A DNA stretch of 64,000 bases from Octopus vulgaris (GCA_951406725.2 OX597831.1:34410001-34474000), one strand, 5' to 3'. Counted from the stretch's first letter, positions 1-11,804 are shown. Notes: generated by a model not told the origin, from the sequence alone. Translations and numbers: made by a program.

Positions 1-67
<67 letters not shown>

Positions 68-85
68 CATACATACATACATACA

Positions 86-114
<29 letters not shown>
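1..114. repeat. Compound microsatellite (GATA)n-(CATA)n
   Basis: Directly visible perfect tetranucleotide runs. Confidence 0.98.
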
Positions 115-116
<2 letters not shown>

Positions 117-635
117 GTTTATCTACATGCTAGAGTACGTGTGTTGGACGCTATTTCGCAGATATGGTACACATTTAGTCATAAATTCTTTAGACAGGCA
201 GCTAAGAAACCAACCTACTAAAACGACGACCTGTACTTTTATGGCACACCATTCAGGTATTTTATTGCGAACGCGTTCCATTCATCGCCGAGAAGCCATT
301 CATCTATATAAAACATTTATACATCAGATCAATATTCAATACTTATTGAAATTCTTTTAGATACACTATTGGATATTTCTTGCGGAAAATGCAATGTTAC
401 TATTGATTTTAAGGTGTAACAGTTATTTTTCAGCACAATGCGTTTGATATTGGGATAAATATTTGGAATATGGTAAAACTTCTGGAACACATCAAACTGT
501 ATGACTTATTGTTTGTTAAACATAAAGTTATTTTGCTGTATGTATGTATGTATGTATGTATGTATGTATGTATAATATTACTCTGTAGTTTAACATCATG
601 CATATACGCATTTATGTCTCTATGTATCAGATTGA

Positions 636-767
636 TTATCAACCACATAGTTCTAGGTTCAGTCCCACTGCGTGGCGCCTGGGGCAACTGCCTTCTACTA
701 TAGCCTCGGACCGGTCAAAGCCATGTGAGTGGATTTGGTAGGCAGAAACTGGAACAAGCCTATTGTG
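636..767 (+). mobile_element. SINE family A, 5' fragment
   Basis: caaccacatagttctaggttcagtcccactgcgtggc...gtgagtggatttggtagg matches the head/CORE-like part of the full copy at 34437. Confidence 0.85.
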
Positions 768-833
768 TAATATAATTGTTTGTTTGTTTTCCACCTGCCT
801 TCGTCTTTTGTCTATTTTCATAAAGCTTCCCGT

Positions 834-868
<35 letters not shown>

Positions 869-944
869 AAAGGGCTTAGTAAAATAAATTACTTTGCCAC
901 ATACTGAACTCATTAGAAATAGCAGCCCAAAAAGTTTTTTTAGC

Positions 945-1052
<108 letters not shown>

Positions 1053-1139
1053 TATATGTATACATATATATAATGCGTGTGTGCGTATATATATAATGCG
1101 TGCGTTTATTTATATATATATATATATAATGTTTATACA

Positions 1140-1372
1140 CCCGCTAGCTGACTAAGTGGATTACGGATAGTGGTCTAAGGGAGAAAATCCCATGCGCTTG
1201 ACCGTTGTGTATTCGAAAACTAGCCACGAGGATTTTCTCTCCCCATTTTGAAGAGAGGTTACAAGCTACCGGGCATTTGGTTCTGACGAGACGTAGAGCT
1301 AAGCACTATATGAACGCGAAACCTTGGGTAACCCATGAACCGGCCAAAACTATCTTTCACTAAATACTCCGT
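1140..1372 (+). ncRNA. Structured non-coding element with hammerhead-ribozyme-like core (retrozyme or PLE-terminus like)
   Basis: CTGACGA at 1283, imperfect stem II, GAAA at 1318-1321, stem III acc-ttg-ggt, then A; extra hairpin ggagaaaatcc / ggattttctctcc at about 1180-1241; flanked by (TA)n tracts. Confidence 0.5.
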
Positions 1373-1395
1373 TGTATATGCATACTTATATATAT

Positions 1396-1456
<61 letters not shown>

Positions 1457-1684
1457 GGTTGAGTATATGTATACCTTTATTAATATTTAGCAGATGTAAC
1501 TGAGTGATTAAAGGTACGAAGTAGGAGTTTCGTGCGTTGGCCAATGTACAAAGTTAACTTGTTAATAAGAGCTGGAATTCTCCGTAAAATGATTTTAATT
1601 AGTCGGAATTATCTTATGAAAAGCGAACTCGTATTTTTTCCCGTCAATTATTTTTAACAAGCAAGAAGTTGCAACATCACAATA

Positions 1685-2069
1685 TTCTTTTCAACTCTAG
1701 TAACAAGTCTTCCCCTCTGTCCAAAGTTTTTGGGAGGGAGGACAGTCGATTGGGTTAATCCCAGTACGCAACTAGTACTTAATTCATCGACCCCGAAAGG
1801 ATGTAAGGTGAAGTCGACTCGGCTGAATTTGAAATCAGAACGTAAAGACAGACGAAATACCTCTAAGCATTTCGCCCGTCGTGCTAATGTTTCTTATTTC
1901 TTTATTTCCCACAAGGGGATAAACATAGAGGAGACAAACAAGGACAGACAAAGGGATTACATCGATACCTGTGCGTATATGGTACTTAATTTATCGAGCC
2001 TGAAAGAATGAAAGGCAAAGTCGACCTCGGCGGAATTTGAACTCAGAATGTGACGACAGACGAAATACC
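1685..2069 (-). mobile_element. SINE family B, two tandem units
   Basis: Reverse complement of gtatttcgtctg...ttctgagttcaaattccgccgaggtcgactttgcctttcat... twice; the units carry different 3' tails. Confidence 0.88.
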
Positions 2070-4540
2070 AATTTGTTTATTAGCCACAGGGGGCCAAACA
2101 TAGAAATGGACACAACTGATTGGAATCAGTAATACGTTATGATTTTACATAAAATATGAATCTAAAATTTATATAAAATATTTTTAAAAATCGAATAAAA
2201 TTAACAATACGGAGACAACATAAATGTAGCGATGATCAGGCCACGGTCCGACCCCACAAGCCCCGATCAATCGCTGGTACCTTTTTTTTGTTCTTCTTTT
2301 ATAGCCTATTCACACTGTTCCTTGCACGCACAGCACTCGTGCAACATGCTTCCATCTCTTTTTGAACACACTCTCTGACTGACACCTTTCTCCAGCCACA
2401 CCTTCCTTTTCAAATGAAAAGTAAAAAATTATCGTAAATCGTGGCCGGAGATAAAGTTGCCTGTCTTAATCCCTTTTATCCTAGTCTTCCATACTGCCTC
2501 TTTCGCTATTGCTGCGACCGTGAGAAAATAATTCTTTCCTTCGTTTGTTAAAACTTCCGGTGGTTCAATTTTTATAATTGACTCAGTCGACAGCCGTACT
2601 CTTCCTTCGCCTAACAACATGTGTTCAGCATAAACCCAGATTGAAAGTCGTCCAACGTTCTCAACCCGAATTACGATGGAACAGGCTGCCCAGTTGAATA
2701 TACCCGAGAGCTGGAGTCGTCCCCAGGCCATCGTCACATTCAGACTCTACCAACCCACCGCTGGCGTTGCCATTCACTTGATCTCGGTCTACGAAAACCA
2801 GGTTTCCTGTTCGCACAAACTTTTGAACTCGGGGAACGTTTGTCTGGCCAGCGGAGACCACACCCGTTCACCATCCAGGAGAATCCAGAGATGCCTCAAC
2901 CTCAACGCATGCCTGCGCATCATTAACCAAAGCATTCCTAAACTTCCCTTTAGCGGCTTTTGACGACAGAGCGTTTCACAAGTGGCCACCTGCTGTTCCA
3001 CAAAAAATCTGATCAACCACGAATCCGGACAGGGCACGACGGACAGGTGGTAGGTAATGACCGATATGGTAAACACACTGGCCACTTCCGCCATCCCTTT
3101 CAGGGACAGCCATCGCCAAGACCAGGTCTTGACTACTGCAGCCACCCTGCTCGAAGCCTCCGTCCAGTTCTTCACTACCCGACAACGCTGGTGCCGAGCT
3201 GCAAGCCGACCGACTTTTCTCGGTTAATCTTTGCTCCTGCCACCGTCTCGTAAACCTCAGTAGTCTTACCCACTTCACGTAGGCGTGCTACTGAGGTTAC
3301 GCTTATAGTGATATCGTCTGCGTAAGCTGTAACAAATTCCTCTAAACTTGGTTCTTTCGGGGTGCCACTCAACCTTCGCAGCAGGAGCTCAAGAGCCACC
3401 ACATACAAAAGTGGTGAGAGCGGACATCCGTGACGAACTGAGCGCCTGATGCAGAACGGCTTCGAAAGGAAACCGTCCCCCGAACTATCGAGTCAATATT
3501 GCGATACAAAGCGATAAACCACCTGCGGAAACCAAGGCCTAGGCCGAACCGCGTAAACACAGTCGCCAGGTATCGATGTCAACCCTATCAAAAGCTTTAG
3601 ACTGGTCCAAATGCACCAATGCCCCACCTTTGCCAGATTTATTACCAACCCTCCCTATGGTATAGCCAATAAGGTGGAGATTATTCTGAATGATTCGGCC
3701 GGGGATGGCATATGTCTGTGCCTCCCCGGCTATACCATTCGCAACACGCGCCAACCTCTTTGCTAAGACCTAGGCCAAAATCTTCACTTCTGCGTTTAAC
3801 AGAGTGATGGGCCTCAAGTTATCTAAAACGTCCCCCTTGTTCGGGTTCTTTCTGACCAACGTCACTACTCTCCGGCGCACAGATCTGGGAATAAACCCAT
3901 TCTGTTGTCAGTTCGCGTACACGTCAGCTAGTAGTTGCCCGAACCAGTCTGGCATACATTTATATAGCTCGTACGGAAGACCATCAAGTCCCGGCGTCTT
4001 ACTCGCTTTACAGTCGGCCATAGCATCCATCACATCCACGGGTGCGATCGGCCCTTCGCAAGCCTCCGCATCCGACCCCGAGAGGCATGGCAGGTCGGCA
4101 AGAAAGTCATCGAGGGCTCCCCCACCTTCAGGACCGCCATCACACCCAAACAGCTGGGCGAAATACTCCCGAAATGCCTCACACATTTCCTCGGGTTCGT
4201 TTACCAAGACGCCATTTTGATTGGTCAAAGACCGAATGGTGGAGCTATTTCCTTGCCGAGCTTTCACCACTCGGGCCCATCCGGCTGCCTTGATTCCTTC
4301 ACTTCCCATCGCACGTAACTTAGCTCGGCAATACTTCCCATGTGTTGGGCTTCAAGATGCTGGTTTAACTCCAGTCTCTTCACTTTCACTTTGTCCGCAT
4401 TACCAATCCTCCAGGCTTTTTGTATTTCCTAAACTAGACCATTATTTATTCTACGTCCCTTCTTAGCTAAACTTATGCTAAACCTAATAGACTCATATTT
4501 TATGGCTCTTTTTAGGGCGTACCACTATTTGTTATTAATG
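2070..4540 (-). mobile_element. 5'-truncated, frameshifted Tx1/L1-clade LINE ORF2 (reverse transcriptase) with 3' UTR
   Basis: Minus-strand ORF pieces carry KTPGLDGLPYELYK (3908-4309), LDQSKAFDRVD (3539-3754), AYADDITI (3175-3408), GAKINREKS (2976-3278) and C-terminal IAKEAVWKTR (2429-2737); 3' UTR ends ccccctgtggctaataaacaaat. Clade call is from motif style, not a phylogeny. Confidence 0.9.
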
Positions 4541-4599
4541 AATATACAGATTTGTTTATAACAGTTATCTGGCAGATCTTTTTCGTGGAATTTCGTCTG

Positions 4600-4800
4600 A
4601 CTTTTTGAACCAAGGTCCTGAAGAGACTTGTATACCTAGATATGAATTGTTTATAAATCAAATAATGTATATAAGTCGAAACAAATTGGTGGGCTTATTT
4701 TTTTTTAAAATTGGTTATGTTATACTATATTTTATAGTATATTATACTATAATGAAATAAATTGTTAGATTGTCAATTGTATTTCCCTATTTAATCTATT
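4600..4800 (+). mobile_element. PLE terminal-repeat remnant with degenerate hammerhead core
   Basis: CTGAAGA (4618), stem II gacttgtatac / gtatataagtc, GAAA (4678), near-palindromic caaattg; cleavage triplet appears mutated. Confidence 0.55.
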
Positions 4801-4867
<67 letters not shown>

Positions 4868-4871
<4 letters not shown>

Positions 4872-5240
4872 TGGCTGTGTGGTAGGAAGCTTGCTTCTCA
4901 ACCACATGGTTCTCAGTTCAGTTCGACTGCATGTCACCTTGGGTAAGTGTCTTCTGTTATAGCCTCGGGCCGACCAAAGACGGAAACTGAAAGAAGCCTG
5001 TCGTACATATGTAATGCATATATGTATATTTGTGTGTGTGTGTGTGTTTGTTCCCCACCATCGCTTGACAACCGCTGTTGGTGCGTTTATGTCCCATAGC
5101 TTAGAGGTTCGGCTAAAGATCCGTTACAGTAAGTACTAGGCTTACAAAGAATAAGTTCTGGGGTCGATTTCTTCGACTAAAGGCGGTGCTCCAGTATGGC
5201 CGCAACCAAATGACTGAAACAACTAAAAAATAAAAGAATA
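4868..5240 (+). mobile_element. SINE family A, near full length
   Basis: gagtggctgtgtggtagg A-box and ggttc...gttcagttc B-box-like head, CORE-like ccttgggtaagtgtcttct, internal (TG)n, tail ...aaatgactgaaacaac. Confidence 0.92.
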
Positions 5241-5531
5241 TAGATGTGTGTGTGTGTGTGTGTGTGTGTGTGAGTAAAATCAAAATGAAACATAGAAACG
5301 GTTAACAGAAAATGAGAAATTTCAAAGCATAGAAACCCTCTCATTAGCTATGGAAACCAGTCCACAAATGCAGTTTCGGCGCGTTTAATGTTCAAAGATA
5401 TCAGATTTCATAATATTACTCGTCTAACTGTTCGAGTGATATAGTGAAAATGAGTGAGGTGATGGTCAATTGAAGGACCACATCATACTAGGTTGTTGGG
5501 GAACAGTTGATAGAGTAACAGAAGATTATTT

Positions 5532-6217
5532 CCTTCTCTTACTTGTTTCATTCATTTGACTGCGGCCATGCTGGAGCACCGCCTTTAATTGAACAAATCA
5601 CCCCCAGGACTTATACTTTATAAGTCTAGCACTTATTGTATCGGTCTTTTGCCGAACCACTAAGTTATGCGGACGTAAACACTCCAACATCAGCTGTCAA
5701 GCGATAGTGGGGTGAGAAACACAGACACACATACGCCTATATACAATATAAATTATATATATATATGCATACACACACACACACACATACATATATATAT
5801 GCCTATATGTGTACAGGACATCACAAAAGGTAAACAATGTGAAATACGAAAACAACACGAAATGCGAAGACAAATTTGGGTATGCGAACAACGTCTGGCC
5901 TAACGACCCTCCACGTTTGTTTTCTTTTCGTTTGTTGAACGTTTCCATTGTCCTGTTTTTGTTACCAGCTTTGATCCTGCCTTTCGAAGCCTCATGCTCT
6001 CGCTAATTGCTCGAAATGAGGAGTAGATGGACAGCCGACAACTGACGATGGGTCGTTCTTTATGTTACTTGTATTGTTTTCCATGTGTTTCCCTGGTTGT
6101 TCGCATACCTAAGTTTCTCTTGGTGTTTCATGTTGTTTATATTTTGTAACGTCCTGTACCCAAATATGCATATATATACATATATATGCATGTACGTACA
6201 TATATATGCATGCATAT

Positions 6218-6283
<66 letters not shown>

Positions 6284-6400
6284 GACGAGCCTTCTTCAGC
6301 CTCTGCCCACCAAATCCACCCACAAGGCTCCGGTCGGCCCAAAGTTCCACACAGCGTGACTGAACCCGGAACCATGCAGCTTCCTAGCAGCATGGTTACC
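5532..6400 (-). mobile_element. SINE family A split by a foldback insertion in its internal microsatellite
   Basis: 3' half at 5532-5735 and 5' half at about 6283-6400, same orientation, separated by the 5811-6159 element. Confidence 0.8.
5811..6159. mobile_element. Foldback/inverted-repeat element (gtacaggac family)
   Basis: Ends gtacaggacatcacaaaa... and ...ttttgtaacgtcctgtac are inverted; internal gagtagatggacagccgacaactga shared with 30886-31195. Confidence 0.8.
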
Positions 6401-6509
6401 ACTATATGGCCTCCAGGTACATGTGTAACAGAACACACGCATACATGCGTATGTGAGTGTCTCTGTGTCCATGTCGCTCCTCAGTTTATGCTTAGCAGTG
6501 TTATGCCAC

Positions 6510-6730
6510 GTAATATTGATTTCAAATGTTGGTACATGGCCAGTTATTTCGGGAAATTAGGCAGGTCGATTACATCGGCCCTAGTGTTCAAGGGGTACTT
6601 ATTTTATCGATCTCCGAAAGGATGAGAGGCAAAATCGACTTCGGTGGAATTTGAACCCAGAGCATAAAAACGAACGAACTGTTGCTAAGCATTTTGACTG
6701 ACGTGCTAACTATTCTGCCAGTTCGCCGTG
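6510..6730 (-). mobile_element. SINE family B, diverged, alternative tail
   Basis: ccgaaaggatgagaggcaaaatcgacttcggtggaatttgaaccc core; tail gatttcaaatgttggtac type. Confidence 0.8.
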
Positions 6731-7382
6731 TCCCATAATATCAAAAGGCAACCTAACGATTCACACTAAACAGGTATCTATAAGGAAGTATCAGAGGGAA
6801 GTAAGTACTCGGGGCGATTTGCCTGCATAAAACAATTGCAGACAGTGACTCAGAATAGCCACAGTCCAAGAACACGAAACTATATTCACTTCAGTTTAAG
6901 CACAAATTATTCTTGTATATCGAAATTTAAAATGTCTATTCAGTGTAGTGTATTGGTAATTTGTTAAACCACTTAGACGTTCGTTCAAGCTTTGCATGCA
7001 TCTTTTAAAGGAAGAGACTTTTAAAATCTTTCCTTCTGTTCTGCAAATAAATACTGGACTACGCATAATTCAACATTTTCAAGCGAGTTCTTAAGTACAA
7101 ATGTGTATCAAAGGTGAGTGAGATGATGTTTTTCAATTTTTGCTTTTATCAAATGTTTTCCGTTAATTGAAAATTTGTTTTGTCATGGTAATTTTTTTTT
7201 TTTTTTTGCATAGTAAATCATTTAGAATTTGTTGAGCTGCCAAAGAAAATCTCTCGTATATGTTCATGTGAGTACATCTTTAAGTATTTATGCGTGTATA
7301 CATTTGTCTGTTTGTGTGTGAACATTAGTGTATATGTAAGTGTGTATAGGTATATTTGTATATGTTTATATATATGTGTAAC

Positions 7383-7421
<39 letters not shown>

Positions 7422-8340
7422 AAGTATGTAGATATATTTGTGTATATACGTACCTGTATGTTAGGATATGTATGAATATATGCTTTTTACTTACATGTAT
7501 ATATGAATGTATACGTAGACGTATGTACATGCACGGATGTGTGAGTGAGTGTTTATGTTTATGAATATATGTGTGTATATGGATAGATATACAGATGACA
7601 AAAAGAGCGGGGGAGCCGTAACTTCATATCCACTGACAACCTTTGCTTTGTAAAAGTTTAATAAATTTCTAAACTTGTAATCTACTAAAAATATAAAGTA
7701 ATCCTTCAGTTTCATTTCAAATCGTTTTTATATATATCTTAACATAAAAACAAAAAACGTTATATAGACCCAGTACATTAAGCAGAGTATGTTATTCTGA
7801 TTAGGTACAGAGTAGATTTAAAAAGTCTCTTAAAAATATATCCATAAATACACACAAACGTAACGTATGTACCTTCATATGTATGTCTATACAGAAAACG
7901 TTAATGAAAATAACATTACGCAAGTCTGTGGAGATGTATGGCGGAGAAAGATATTTTAATCATCGTAGTTTGAGAAATATTTATAATTTATTGCTGCAAG
8001 CGTAGGCAAGCAAAATTTTTTGATGCACTTTGGTGCAATATGACTCAGATTAATATTCACTTGTCACATCGAATGTTCACTGCTTCGCGAATGTATACAA
8101 CTTAGTTCAATTCATACACCTTTAAATTGTTTCTCGATTGAAGAAGCTTATGCTTATCTTTCAAGTATATACGTTCGTTTCCTGTGTGTATAACATGTAT
8201 TTTGATATACTTGCCTTGGATTGCTTTCAATTTATTTAATCTACATAATATATTGCGTACAATTTCTCTATGGTATTTGTTTTTTTGGCTTCATTGATAG
8301 GATTCTACAAAAGAAAATACCTTTACTCTCTTTCTCTCTC

Positions 8341-8411
<71 letters not shown>

Positions 8412-8413
<2 letters not shown>

Positions 8414-8503
8414 CGAAGGGGTGCTGAAAAGTTCCTGGCTTTGGGTAAAAGAAAATACAGAAGGATCAGTTAATTATGATTTTATTCAACATATTCCCCT
8501 CTC
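8412..8503 (+). mobile_element. Mariner-type terminal inverted repeat remnant
   Basis: TA-CGAAGGGGTGCTGAAAAGTTCC start resembles mariner TIRs; truncated by SINE B. Confidence 0.5.
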
Positions 8504-8504
8504 T

Positions 8505-8622
8505 TTATTTCGTCTGTCTTCATGTTCTGAGTTCAAATTCTGCCGAGGTCGACTTTGTCTTTCATCCTTACGAGGTCGATAAATTGAGTACCAGTTGCGT
8601 ACAGGGGGCGATCTAATTGACT
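8505..8622 (+). mobile_element. SINE family B core (no head, no tail)
   Basis: tatttcgtctgtc...gagttcaaattctgccgaggtcgactttgtctttcatccttacgaggtcgataaattgagtaccag...ctaattgact. Confidence 0.88.
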
Positions 8623-10250
8623 CTCGTCGCGCGAGAGGTTGCGGGAAGGTTGAGGTGTTCTTCCCTAGAGTGTGGTTCGTTTGAGGATGAGTTGCTTGAG
8701 TGCTTAAGCGGGATGGACGGGAAGGTGGTGAGGAGGAATTGTGCAGCAGCGGCTGGAGAGGGGATTGAGGGGGAGAACCTGGAGGGGTTGAGTGAGTTCA
8801 GGCAAGTGCTTGAAGGGAGGGGAGCGAGGTGAGGTTGTCCCCTCCAAATAAGTACTGAAGGACAAGGAGGAGGGAGCAATTGTGTACAGAATTTGCGCCA
8901 CAACAGCGGGGATAATTGAAGTGGTGTCGGAGGCACAGGTGAAAGGGGCACTGAGGTAGGTCTGGCAGGAGATGGCATGCCTTGGCGGGGGTCGAACGTG
9001 TGGCGCAGTAGAGGTGCAGTTTAAGGAGATGGCAACTGCCAGACTGTACTCGGCCACATCACTGAAGACATGATGTGGTACTTCTACCCATGTACCTTGG
9101 GAGGTGTACTTTCAGGGTTCGGGTGGAAGACATACCGCCAGAATTGAATGTGGCCTGGCTGGTCACTGCCATACTACTGGGAATGGAAGAGACGGTGCTG
9201 GTCCTGTAGGTCACCAGAACGCCCCACATGCATTGGAAGGGACAAGCTCTTGAAATGGCGGTACAGGTCGCGGAGGAGGACTTGGAAAAATGGTCGAAAG
9301 CATCACAGTGGGAGAGTTGACCAGATCGGAAGGGAGAATTCCGCGATGTTATAAATGTGGTCTGAAAGGCCACATTAGAGCGGAGTGTCCTCCACCACTA
9401 GAAAAGAACAAAGGGAGACAGGAGGTAAAAGTGGTTGGTGTTACACTGCTTGTGGAAGGAAAAATAAATGAGGTGAAACCAAAGAAGACAGGCACCAGTG
9501 TCGAGAAGGAGGCAGAATTAAACACCAGTTGGGAAATGGTGGAGAAAAAGTGCAGGAAGAGGAGAAAAAAGACACACAAGGTAAATGACCCCAAACCCAC
9601 ATCCACCTGGCCCTCACCTACACCCACTCTAGCCCAACCACTCCCTACATACACCAACCCTCTCTATGCCCTGTCTGACAAAAAAACTATGGCAAACACA
9701 CAGGAGCCTGAAAACTACGCGCCCCACCCTGTAATGAAAATTCGTTTTAACGTACAATGGACAGATTGAAGAGCAGGATAAAGAAGGAAATTCGTGGGAT
9801 AGAACAGTCAAGGTGGATATAGCAGGTGTAAGGGGTTTGCCCGAGAACGATTATTGTGCGATGACGAACCTGGAGAACCTGGAGAAAGTACACAGGTATA
9901 TAGAAAATTGTGACTGTGAATGGTGGTCTAAAAAAAGTAGACACCAGCACAATGCCGATAAAAAAGGTATGTGGACATTTAAAAAAAATAATATAAAATA
10001 TATTCGCATTTTGGAAAAGAGACGGATTAACTATTGTGTAAATAGCTGTGTTTAAATGATACACTAAATTGGTTATTACAAAGGGCAATGCATATGGTGC
10101 TGCTACAGTTCAATGAAGTCGCTCGGAGGTGGGACCGAGAGACTTCATTTCATTTTTCCTTGTAAAATTTCATTTATTTCATCCGGTTTTTTTTCGTCCC
10201 CACCATGTGCTGTCCCCTTTGTGTAAGGCCTTTATGTCAATAATAAAATA
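8623..10250 (+). mobile_element. Decayed LINE-derived element with ORF1 (CCHC zinc knuckle) and Tx1-like 3' UTR, no RT visible
   Basis: ORF 9290-9769 has CYKCGLKGHIRAEC (CX2CX4HX4C) and a basic WEMVEKKCRKRRKK tract; 3' end tgtccccttt...ggcctttatgtcaataataaaataa resembles the tail at 2070-2110. Confidence 0.75.
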
Positions 10251-10354
10251 ATGTCAGTAGTAGTAGAGTCACTGTAAGAGTTTCTCAGTTGGAGTCAGTG
10301 TCAGTTACATGATATATATGAGTTCGAGTTACCGTCAAGGTATGCGTTCCAAAG

Positions 10355-10640
10355 TCACTGCCTTGTGGAGCTATCAGCGGTAGCAAGATAAACGAGCGAA
10401 AGATAATTAGACGCAGAATTACCGCCACAACATAACAGTGGCGATAAGAATATTACTGTGCCGACAATAACATATATTACAACAATATATAAATGTATAT
10501 TCGCGTGAAGTTCTATATTTAACACGTTCAAATACATTTGGACGTGGGAAAATCTTTCGTTGCAGAAGTGATCGCAGAACATTTTCCTGCTAGACAACGT
10601 GTATAAAAACACATTGGGCTATGAATAGCATCATTAGATC
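10355..10640 (-). pseudogene. Possible class A GPCR pseudogene fragments
   Basis: With frameshifts reads YIVVIYVIVGT-(G)NILIATVML...YLATADS (TM1-TM2 like) and HSxNVFLYTLSSRK (TM7/helix 8 like); stops present. Pattern recognition only. Confidence 0.3.
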
Positions 10641-11082
10641 GTAGGATACATATATATCTGCGTTGTAACGTGTCGTCAGCTACTAATTTCAAATCTGCCT
10701 TTCACAACAGGTCTCTCCATGGCCGAGTGTACTCAGAACTGTTAATAATTTTCCTCCTAGTCAACGTGTATAAAAACACATTGGGCTGTAAATGGCATCA
10801 TTAGATCGTAGGATACATATATTTCTGCGTTGTAACGTGTTGTCAGCTACGAACTTCATATCTGACTTTCACAACAGGTCTCTCCATGGCCGAGTGTACT
10901 CAGAACTGTTAATAATTTTCCTCCTAGTCAACGTGTATAAAAACACATTGGGCTGTAAATGGCATCATTAGATCGTAGGATACATATATTTCTGCGTTGT
11001 AACGTGTCGTCAGCTACGAATTTCAAATCTGCCTTTCACAACAGGTCTCTCCATGGCCGAGTTTACTCAGAACTGTTAATAA
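10582..11082. repeat. Tandem repeat, 3 x 167 bp, high identity
   Basis: gtataaaaacacattgggct recurs at 10601, 10768 and 10935. Confidence 0.95.
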
Positions 11083-11628
11083 TGAATTTATGTATGTTGT
11101 GATCAACGCTGTTTCGTGCAACTTTAATTAATGCGCAGGCACACACTAACACATTTTCATATGAATAACCGGGAATAATGTAAAAATATCGTCTTTAGAA
11201 AACAGAAATAATTTTATCATTCAAATCAATGTGAAACTTGACAATGTGCATCTCTTGGTATTTTTAGCGTAATCAAGTTCGAGAGTATTAATAACTAGTG
11301 GTAGGCAGTCATCGACGAGGTTGCCAGGCATTGTTCTGTGGTATTTATATTTAACAGTATTCGTGCGAAGAAAAAGACATTTTCAAACGAATACACATTT
11401 CGGAAACAAATGATGACATTCGGTGATAAACATCCTTCTATTGGGGATATTTATCTCAGCTTAATCTCGACGTCTTAGAATCTTTGTATGGATTTTAGAA
11501 CAACGTCGTTTTACACACAAATCAATAAACTACATTTGTAAACCACCAGAATTTAAATAATTTAACAGCTTTCTATGTTCTTCCTACATCTTTTCTATAT
11601 TAATTGCATCAAACTGAAAAGCCAAAAC

Positions 11629-11686
<58 letters not shown>

Positions 11687-11738
11687 CAATAATAATAATA
11701 GTAATAATGACAATAATAATAATAATAGTAATAATGAC

Positions 11739-11803
<65 letters not shown>

Positions 11804-11804
11804 C

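Noticed and set aside
3804-4293. Plus-strand ORFs of 138 aa and 83 aa
   Set aside because: Antisense shadows of the minus-strand LINE ORF2.
10582-11082. CRISPR-like periodic array
   Set aside because: Whole 167-bp units repeat with no unique spacers, no cas genes, eukaryotic context.
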